DNA of 64,000 nucleotides from Escherichia coli (GTDB lineage Bacteria; Pseudomonadota; Gammaproteobacteria; Enterobacterales; Enterobacteriaceae): NCBI RefSeq assembly GCF_003790525.1, contig NZ_CP033635.1; one strand, 5' to 3'. Shown piece by piece: positions 56,381 to 64,000 of this stretch (position 1 is its first letter; each line of letters starts with the position of its first letter). The notes under the pieces were generated by a model. It saw only the letters and a program-made list of their open reading frames with translations, ran no database searches and was not told where the DNA came from. The position numbers and the translations under genes were made by a program.

Positions 56381-56665
56381 TTATTTAGAGTCTTTAAACA
56401 AGGGTAACCCCTGTGAACGCCGCCATTCTTTGACAATTTTCAGGATGTTTTCAGGCTTATCATCTCCTTGACTTTTAGGGTAGAAAATGAGATCGCTCCC
56501 TGACGGATGCTGTGTAATTTCAATAAAATGATCTACTAATGAATCCCAGTACATTTCTAGCTCCTTACCTTTTAAGGATTTCCCATCTTTCATAGATGAT
56601 CTCAATCCGCCTAAAAAATTAAGAAATTCATCCTCGGTATAATCCTGGAGCTTTTCTTTAAACAT
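56381..56665 (-). CDS. Cognate DNase immunity protein (Im9-like), copy 1
   Basis: 94 aa MFKEKLQDYTEDEFLNFLGG...ITQHPSGSDLIFYPKSQGDDKPENILKIVKEWRRSQGLPLFKDSK, resembling colicin E9 immunity protein; immediately after the toxin stop. Confidence 0.8.
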   Translation of the reverse strand: MFKEKLQDYTEDEFLNFLGGLRSSMKDGKSLKGKELEMYWDSLVDHFIEITQHPSGSDLIFYPKSQGDDKPENILKIVKEWRRSQGLPLFKDSK

Positions 56666-56667
56666 AT

Positions 56668-58449
56668 TTATCTCCTGTAGTGAATCTCATCGTGTAGTCT
56701 GGGGGTAACAATTCGTAAATTATCAATATCGTATACGCTGCCGCCATATTCAATTGCAACACGATGATGTATCTGGAATTTTTTAACTATTTCTTTAGGG
56801 CCATAATGCCAACCGTCAATAGGTGCTTTTGCGGTTAATCCTTGTTTTATACGTGTTTGGTTACCACTTGAAAACTGCGCTATCAACTCCGGATCCTGAC
56901 TCACCTCCAGCCACAGCGCCTCGCGAAACTCATCAAAGGTTTTAAACTCCCGTCCGCGCAATTTATCAGCAATATGTGCCGGGATTGGTGCGCCGTTGCC
57001 GTTATTGGATACCGACATATCCAGCCAGCGAGTTCCTGGTGAAAGCGGGACGCCGCGCCCTGTTACAACACCAGGCAGCTTTCGCGGATCCTCCTTCAGG
57101 TAAACATAGATGGGCTTAATACCGGATCCCGCCGGAAAAACCAGAATATAATCGTTGAATTCTTTCGGATCAGGAACCGGGAATGGCGGCGTGCTATAGG
57201 TATCAGTGCCGTCCGGAATCGGCGTCACCAGAATGGTGGGCTGCTCCAGCGGCGGCCTGTCGTTACCGGTATGGCCCGGAACATTCCCATGTTCCGGATT
57301 TTCCGGCGTCCAGGTAATCAGGGGGCCATCGACATCGTGAGCGGGGGTAAATTCATAACGCTGCGTCTGCTCGTTCCACTGCATGTTCGCCACGCGGACG
57401 TTTTCATACGGCGTACCTTCACCCGTATGAACACCATACACCTGAGGCTTGCCGTGAATGTCAGTTCCCCAGAAAAAACGTACCCGGGTGGTGGCGGTAC
57501 TGCCTGCTAGTGCTTTCTGCTGCAGTTCTTCCTCATACCAGAACTCATCACGTCCGGGCACGCGAGCACTGCCCTCGCCCGCAGAGGGAATATACAAAGC
57601 AGATGCCAACGCACCGATGTAAGAGCCGCGGGTTGCACTGAGTATGCCACTGAGCGACCATTTTCCCCATATTTGAGCCGCCAATACGCTACCCGGAAAC
57701 AGTAGCATGGTTTGAGCTTCTGCGGGTTGCCCGACATCGTTAGCCTCGGGATGGTGGTATCCACAGCAGTCATCAACCACTGGCAGAGCAAAAATCGCTA
57801 CTTGCCCGAAGTTTTCAGCGGGTTCTTCTGCCGTTCCGGCATCTGTACATCCCTTCTCCTTCAGACAGGATTTGGCATAGACCGGTTTAACCGCTGGTGG
57901 AGAGAGTGGAAGGTTAACAACTGGTAGAGGCTCAGGGTTAAGATTACTGGCAGGTGGGTTTTTAGGTGGAATAAATAAGCTATTATGGCCAGCAGGAAAG
58001 GCCAACCAGTCAAATTCCGTATTGGCTATTAGATGTTTACATAATATGTAGTCATAATCGACAGTTACACATTCGGTAGGAAGATTATTGTCAGAAATGT
58101 TTACATGAATAGCAGTTAATGAAGCATTTCTTAGCTGAATATAATAATACCGTTCCCAGCGCCCGCTTTTATTTATACGATACAAATCGATTTCAATAAA
58201 TAACCGCTCATTCTGATTGATGGCATTAGACAGTAGCGGTGAGCTTTTATCAATGAGTTTGCAAAATTGTAGCCCCTGCAGATTAACGCCTTTACCAGTA
58301 CTGGTAATGGTGTTGGTGAGTGCAAAGGCAAAAATTTCATCTTCATGGCCAACCTGCCAGCGATTACCAACCGACGCATACGTCCCACAGCCTGAAGAAA
58401 TATCGCCCTGCTTCTCACCGATTATTCTCAGGTAAACAATATCGCCCAC
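56668..58449 (-). CDS. T6SS Hcp-ET effector: N-terminal Hcp domain, pyocin-S-like middle region, C-terminal colicin-E9-type HNH DNase
   Basis: 593-aa ORF (GTG start). N-term VYLRIIGEKQGD...GHEDEI...FCKLIDKSSPLL...LYRINKSGRWERYYYIQLRNA...TEFDW is Hcp-like; C-term GAPIPAHIADKLRGREFKTFDEFREALWLEVSQDPEL...FQIHHRVAIEYGGSVYDIDNLRIVTPRLHDEIH aligns with the colicin E9 DNase domain. Confidence 0.82.
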   Translation of the reverse strand: MGDIVYLRIIGEKQGDISSGCGTYASVGNRWQVGHEDEIFAFALTNTITSTGKGVNLQGLQFCKLIDKSSPLLSNAINQNERLFIEIDLYRINKSGRWERYYYIQLRNASLTAIHVNISDNNLPTECVTVDYDYILCKHLIANTEFDWLAFPAGHNSLFIPPKNPPASNLNPEPLPVVNLPLSPPAVKPVYAKSCLKEKGCTDAGTAEEPAENFGQVAIFALPVVDDCCGYHHPEANDVGQPAEAQTMLLFPGSVLAAQIWGKWSLSGILSATRGSYIGALASALYIPSAGEGSARVPGRDEFWYEEELQQKALAGSTATTRVRFFWGTDIHGKPQVYGVHTGEGTPYENVRVANMQWNEQTQRYEFTPAHDVDGPLITWTPENPEHGNVPGHTGNDRPPLEQPTILVTPIPDGTDTYSTPPFPVPDPKEFNDYILVFPAGSGIKPIYVYLKEDPRKLPGVVTGRGVPLSPGTRWLDMSVSNNGNGAPIPAHIADKLRGREFKTFDEFREALWLEVSQDPELIAQFSSGNQTRIKQGLTAKAPIDGWHYGPKEIVKKFQIHHRVAIEYGGSVYDIDNLRIVTPRLHDEIHYRR

Positions 58450-58974
58450 TTTATTTCATTCCAGTTTATCCTTAACTTATTTGCATTAAATAGAAAACTT
58501 ATTTCTCGATCAATTATAAACGCTTTTAATGAAAATTTATTTCTTTTACTTAACGTTTTCACTCATCTCGCAATATTATATTTAAATACTTACGTTACAA
58601 GCCCACCGCATTATTAACATCTATTTATTTTTATATGACCTTTTGTAAGATTATTGTGCTGGTGGCTAAGGCATGGTGTTCAGCAGGCAGACAAATCCGG
58701 CATATAGCTAGTTAAAACAGTATGTTATCAGACTTAAAGTATCTATTAAATGTGATGAAAAACTTACAATTGTTTTTTTTTTATCCAGAAAATCAACACA
58801 TCTACATAAAGCAGGTGCATTCTCGCGCACATACCATTATCTTGTGATAGTTAAAAGTAGCATTATCATAATTCAGTTACATGAAACGTAAAGAAATCAA
58901 TACAATAAACGGAATTGCAAACTTACACACGCATCACTGCGTAGATCAAAAAAACAATCACCGCACGAGGTTTC

Positions 58975-60348
58975 ATGATGGAAGGTCAACAGCACGGCGA
59001 GCAGCTAAAGCGCGGCCTTAAAAACCGCCATATTCAGCTTATCGCGCTGGGTGGCGCGATAGGGACCGGGTTATTCCTGGGTAGCGCCTCCGTAATACAG
59101 TCCGCAGGGCCAGGGATTATCCTGGGTTACGCCATTGCTGGTTTTATCGCCTTTCTGATCATGCGTCAGCTGGGTGAAATGGTGGTCGAAGAACCTGTCG
59201 CAGGCTCCTTTAGCCACTTTGCTTATAAATACTGGGGCAGTTTTGCCGGTTTCGCCTCTGGCTGGAACTACTGGGTACTGTACGTTTTAGTTGCCATGGC
59301 AGAGCTGACTGCCGTGGGTAAATACATTCAGTTCTGGTATCCGGAAATCCCAACCTGGGTTTCTGCCGCCGTGTTCTTTGTGGTGATCAACGCCATCAAC
59401 CTGACAAACGTAAAAGTGTTTGGCGAGATGGAGTTCTGGTTTGCCATTATCAAAGTTATCGCGGTGGTAGCGATGATCATCTTCGGCGGCTGGCTGCTAT
59501 TCAGTGGCAACGGCGGCCCGCAGGCGACCGTTAGCAACCTGTGGGATCAGGGTGGTTTCCTGCCGCACGGCTTCACCGGGCTGGTGATGATGATGGCGAT
59601 TATCATGTTCTCGTTCGGTGGTCTGGAACTGGTGGGGATCACCGCAGCAGAAGCTGATAACCCGGAGCAAAGTATTCCAAAAGCGACTAACCAGGTTATC
59701 TACCGCATCCTGATTTTCTACATTGGTTCGTTAGCCGTTCTGCTCTCACTGATGCCGTGGACACGCGTTACCGCTGACACCAGCCCGTTTGTGCTGATCT
59801 TCCACGAGTTAGGCGATACCTTTGTGGCAAATGCGCTGAACATCGTGGTACTGACTGCGGCGCTCTCCGTGTACAACAGCTGCGTATATTGCAACAGCCG
59901 TATGCTGTTTGGTCTGGCACAACAGGGCAACGCGCCAAAAGCGCTGGCGTCTGTCGACAAACGCGGTGTACCGGTTAATACTATTCTGGTGTCTGCGCTG
60001 GTTACGGCATTGTGCGTGCTGATTAACTACCTTGCACCGGAATCCGCATTCGGCCTGTTAATGGCGCTGGTGGTATCTGCACTGGTCATCAACTGGGCGA
60101 TGATTAGCCTGGCGCATATGAAATTCCGTCGCGCCAAGCAGGAACAAGGCGTGGTAACTCGCTTCCCTGCTCTGCTTTATCCGCTGGGTAACTGGATCTG
60201 CCTGCTGTTTATGGCGGCGGTATTGGTGATTATGCTGATGACCCCAGGAATGGCGATTTCGGTATACCTGATCCCGGTATGGCTGATCGTGTTAGGTATC
60301 GGCTATCTGTTTAAAGAGAAAACCGCCAAAGCCGTAAAAGCGCATTAA
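58975..60348 (+). CDS. aroP: Aromatic amino acid:H+ symporter AroP
   Basis: 457-aa ORF MMEGQQHGEQLKRGLKNRHIQLIALGGAIGTGLFLG. Confidence 0.95.
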   Translation: MMEGQQHGEQLKRGLKNRHIQLIALGGAIGTGLFLGSASVIQSAGPGIILGYAIAGFIAFLIMRQLGEMVVEEPVAGSFSHFAYKYWGSFAGFASGWNYWVLYVLVAMAELTAVGKYIQFWYPEIPTWVSAAVFFVVINAINLTNVKVFGEMEFWFAIIKVIAVVAMIIFGGWLLFSGNGGPQATVSNLWDQGGFLPHGFTGLVMMMAIIMFSFGGLELVGITAAEADNPEQSIPKATNQVIYRILIFYIGSLAVLLSLMPWTRVTADTSPFVLIFHELGDTFVANALNIVVLTAALSVYNSCVYCNSRMLFGLAQQGNAPKALASVDKRGVPVNTILVSALVTALCVLINYLAPESAFGLLMALVVSALVINWAMISLAHMKFRRAKQEQGVVTRFPALLYPLGNWICLLFMAAVLVIMLMTPGMAISVYLIPVWLIVLGIGYLFKEKTAKAVKAH

Positions 60349-60357
60349 TCTCTCTAC

Positions 60358-60382
60358 GCCCTCACCCGTGCAGGGTGAGGGC
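60358..60382. terminator. Bidirectional hairpin between convergent aroP and ampE
   Basis: gccctcaccc-gtgca-gggtgagggc 10-bp perfect stem. Confidence 0.6.
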
Positions 60383-60390
60383 AATAATCT

Positions 60391-61245
60391 TTACACCAAC
60401 GCCCCGTAAATCGTCAGTAGCGCAATTACCACCACGACCACGAACGAGGTTTTCTTCGCCATGGAAACCGCTGCCTTCGGCGTCTCCACCTTATCGACAT
60501 GCGGTTCACGCGCCAGAGAGAACTGTGCCAGACGCGTTAATACCTGATATTGCGAAGTATGGAAATCACCCAGCGAAGCAAACCAGGCCGGTAACGCTTT
60601 CTCCCCATGACCGATCAAGGCATATACCACACCCGCAAGACGAACCGGCACCCAATCCAGTACATGAAGCACGCCATCAATGCCGGACTGTAAACGATGA
60701 TGCGGCGTCTGGTAACGCGCCAGCCAGTATTGCCATGCACGCAAAAACGCATCCCCCATCAGCGTAACGGGTCCCCAGGTTCCCCCCACAATCAGCCAGA
60801 ACAGCGGTGCAAGATAAAAACGAAAGTTAATCCACAGCAATGCATTTTGCAGCTCACGCAAATACTCACGTTCATCGCAGCCTGCCGGGACGCCGTGAAT
60901 CATGGTGAGTTCGCCAGCCATCGTGGCACGGGCATGGCTATCATTACGTGAAGCAGCTGTCAGATAAGCATGATAATGAAGACGAACTTTACCTGCGCCA
61001 ATACACAGCAAACCAATCAGCAGCCACACCAGCAGCGTGGGAACGTTGAATAATACTCCCTGCAATGTGCGTAACAGTAAAAAAGTCACGCCCATCGCAA
61101 TAATGGTCATGCCTAATGTGCGCCCGAGAGAAAAATGTTTCACCCGCCGAAAGAACGCTTCAAGACGATGATCAAGCTGCCAGTGCTCGCCCAACTTAAA
61201 CAGGCGCTCGAAAATTAACACCAGTAAGGTTGTAAATAGCGTCAT
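60391..61245 (-). CDS. ampE: Membrane protein AmpE
   Basis: [26 protein letters not shown]...; ATG overlaps ampD stop (ATGA); 284 aa. Confidence 0.9.
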   Translation of the reverse strand: MTLFTTLLVLIFERLFKLGEHWQLDHRLEAFFRRVKHFSLGRTLGMTIIAMGVTFLLLRTLQGVLFNVPTLLVWLLIGLLCIGAGKVRLHYHAYLTAASRNDSHARATMAGELTMIHGVPAGCDEREYLRELQNALLWINFRFYLAPLFWLIVGGTWGPVTLMGDAFLRAWQYWLARYQTPHHRLQSGIDGVLHVLDWVPVRLAGVVYALIGHGEKALPAWFASLGDFHTSQYQVLTRLAQFSLAREPHVDKVETPKAAVSMAKKTSFVVVVVIALLTIYGALV

Positions 61246-61793
61246 GTTGTCTCCTTGCTGACCAGTGCACGAAACCGTGCCCAATCAAATGCAGGACCGG
61301 GATCGGTTTTCCGATCCGGCGCAATATCACAATGGCCCGTCATGTTATTAGCGATATCTGGATAGCGATCAATCAGTGCCCGCGTAACCGCCGCAAGCTG
61401 TTGATACTGCGCATCGGTATACGCCAGCGTATCGGTGCCTTCCAGCTCAATCCCAATAGAAAAATCATTGCAGCGTTCGCGCCCCTGATACTGAGAGACT
61501 CCGGCATGCCAGGCACGTTTATCGAAAGGAACATACTGGACTATTTCACCATCGCGGCGAATCAAACAGTGAGCGGAGACGCGCAAATGGGCGATCTCAG
61601 CAAAGAAAGGATGTGCCTGCGGATCAATAGTTCCAGTGAATAATGCGTCGATCCACGGACCGCCAAACTCGCCTGGCGGCAGGCTAATATTGTGCACCAC
61701 CAGCAGGGTGGGTGTTTCGTCATCCGGGCGGCAATCGTAATGTGGTGAGGGAACGCGGCGCGCGCCAGCCAGCCACCCCTGTTCTAACAACAT
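61242..61793 (-). CDS. ampD: 1,6-anhydro-N-acetylmuramyl-L-alanine amidase AmpD
   Basis: 183-aa [29 protein letters not shown]. Confidence 0.92.
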   Translation of the reverse strand: MLLEQGWLAGARRVPSPHYDCRPDDETPTLLVVHNISLPPGEFGGPWIDALFTGTIDPQAHPFFAEIAHLRVSAHCLIRRDGEIVQYVPFDKRAWHAGVSQYQGRERCNDFSIGIELEGTDTLAYTDAQYQQLAAVTRALIDRYPDIANNMTGHCDIAPDRKTDPGPAFDWARFRALVSKETT

Positions 61794-61820
61794 GCAGGAT
61801 CTCCTTATATGTGGTGCTAA

Positions 61821-62774
<954 letters not shown>

Positions 62775-62976
62775 TTGCTGACAGATTTATCCGCTCCATC
62801 GCGGGCGGATAATCTCCCCTTTCCCAACTTTCTTCGTAACGCCTCGCAAATTTCTTGTCTTTCGCTGCAACGTAATAAAAAACTCCGGAAGCTGCTTTCC
62901 CGTTTCGTTTTTTGCCCCTCGCTTGTGCTGATGGCGTTTGCCAAAGTAGCGCCAACCAAATCAAGGAGCGAAACAA

Positions 62977-63417
62977 ATGGACAAGCAACGCGGTTTTACA
63001 CTTATCGAACTGATGGTGGTTATTGGCATCATTGCCATTTTAAGCGCCATTGGTATTCCCGCTTATCAAAACTACCTGCGCAAAGCCGCACTCACCGACA
63101 TGCTACAAACCTTTGTGCCTTACCGTACCGCCGTAGAGTTGTGCGCGCTGGAACATGGTGGATTAAATACCTGCGACGGTGGCAGCAATGGTATTCCTTC
63201 GCCTACCACCACCCGCTATGTTTCAGCCATGAGTGTGGCAAAGGGCGTGGTGTCGCTGACCGGGCAAGAAAGTCTCAATGGGCTAAGCGTCGTCATGACG
63301 CCGGGTTGGGATAACGCAAACGGCGTCACCGGCTGGACGCGCAACTGCAATATTCAAAGTGACAGCGCATTGCAGCAAGCCTGCGAAGATGTCTTCCGCT
63401 TTGATGACGCCAACTAA
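62977..63417 (+). CDS. ppdD: Type IV prepilin-like protein PpdD
   Basis: 146-aa ORF MDKQRGFTLIELMVVIGIIAILSAIGIPAYQNY (class III signal peptide/N-methylation motif). Confidence 0.88.
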   Translation: MDKQRGFTLIELMVVIGIIAILSAIGIPAYQNYLRKAALTDMLQTFVPYRTAVELCALEHGGLNTCDGGSNGIPSPTTTRYVSAMSVAKGVVSLTGQESLNGLSVVMTPGWDNANGVTGWTRNCNIQSDSALQQACEDVFRFDDAN

Positions 63418-63426
63418 GGAGCGGCA

Positions 63427-64000
63427 ATGAATATTCCACAGCTCACCGCCCTGTGTCTGCGTTATCAGGGAGTCTTGCTGGATGCCAGCGAAGAGGTGGT
63501 TCATGTTGCGGTAGTCGATGCACCTTCGCATGAGCTACTGGACGCATTGCATTTCGCTACCACCAAACGTATTGAGATCACCTGCTGGACGCGCCAACAA
63601 ATGGAAGGTCACGCCAGTCGCACACAACAGACATTGCCCGTAGCTGTTCAGGAGAAGCATCAGCCCAAAGCAGAGTTGCTGACTAGAACGTTACAGTCTG
63701 CGCTGGAACAACGCGCGTCTGATATTCATATCGAACCAGCGGACAATGCCTACCGCATCCGCTTGCGTATCGACGGCGTATTGCATCCTTTACCGGTCGT
63801 TTCACCGGATGCCGGAGTCGCATTAACCGCCAGATTAAAAGTGCTGGGAAATCTGGATATTGCGGAACATCGCCTGCCGCAGGACGGGCAATTCACTGTC
63901 GAACTGGCAGGAAACGCCGTCTCATTTCGTATTGCGACCTTACCATGTCGGGGTGGTGAAAAGGTGGTATTAAGGTTGTTACAGCAGGTGAGCCAGGCAC
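63427..64000 (+). CDS. hofB: Type IV pilus assembly ATPase HofB (GspE family); 5' part only, runs off window end
   Basis: ATG at 63427, MNIPQLTALCLRYQGVLLDASEEVVHVAVVD...; no stop within the window, so absent from the ORF track. Confidence 0.8.
   Translation, partial: MNIPQLTALCLRYQGVLLDASEEVVHVAVVDAPSHELLDALHFATTKRIEITCWTRQQMEGHASRTQQTLPVAVQEKHQPKAELLTRTLQSALEQRASDIHIEPADNAYRIRLRIDGVLHPLPVVSPDAGVALTARLKVLGNLDIAEHRLPQDGQFTVELAGNAVSFRIATLPCRGGEKVVLRLLQQVSQA

Larger units (their letters stand above)
55290..56910 (-). repeat. About 0.7-kb tandem modules (toxin-tip + immunity) x2, plus homologous 3' end of hcp-ET
   Basis: Conserved Val codons (GTG) at 55516, 56213 and 56904 give periods of 697 and 691 bp; flanks shared between orphan units. 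Confidence 0.7.

Noticed and set aside
56668-58449. Possibility that a complete T6SS is encoded in this window
   Set aside because: Only the Hcp-fused effector and immunity genes are present; no tss core genes or vgrG flank it, so any secretion apparatus must be elsewhere.
54529-58974. Possibility that the toxin island is a transposon or phage remnant
   Set aside because: No transposase, integrase, terminal inverted repeats or tRNA gene were found at its borders; the internal repeats are toxin/immunity module duplications, not IS elements. The insertion mechanism is unresolved.
58800-58974. TyrR boxes in the aroP promoter
   Set aside because: aroP is TyrR-regulated in K-12, but I could not find a convincing TGTAAA-N6-TTTACA match by eye (only weak candidates such as ATAAACggaattGCAAAC), so no site is called.

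Overview
This window is an Escherichia coli-type chromosomal segment, syntenic (in reverse orientation) with the K-12 region erpA-clcA-hemL-fhuACDB-mrcB-hrpB-thpR-sfsA-dksA-gluQ-pcnB-folK-yad fimbrial operon-panBC-yadD-panD-yadEIHG-can-hpt-gcd-cueO-yacC-speED-yacL-acnB-yacH-lpd-aceFE-pdhR-aroP-ampED-nadC-ppdD-hofB. Gene identities come from reading the translated ORFs and recalling the K-12 proteins; no database search was run, and every comparison to K-12 lengths or spacing is from memory. Most of the window is conserved housekeeping sequence. The accessory content stands out in five places. (1) The pdhR-aroP intergenic region is about 4.4 kb (about 0.5 kb in K-12 by recall) and carries a type VI secretion Hcp-ET effector with a colicin-E9-like HNH DNase C-terminus, an Im9-like immunity gene, and two further toxin-tip/immunity cassettes in ~0.7-kb tandem repeats whose toxin tips are disabled by a nonsense and a frameshift mutation while the immunity genes stay intact. 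(2) The Rpn-family gene yadD/rpnC has in-frame 12-nt tandem repeats in its C-terminal tail, an internal SD-ATG that could make a short tail-only product, and an extra stand-alone small ORF duplicating the tail domain in a ~290-bp segment I do not recall in K-12. (3) A complete 7-gene yad chaperone-usher fimbrial operon sits behind an AT-rich upstream region. (4) FhuA is a divergent allele with changes clustered in predicted surface loops. (5) yacH carries three 96-nt tandem repeats and a His/Asp-rich tract. No tRNA, rRNA, CRISPR array, IS element or integrase was seen. The best candidates for a poorly described system are the decayed orphan DNase/immunity array and the orphan Rpn tail gene.
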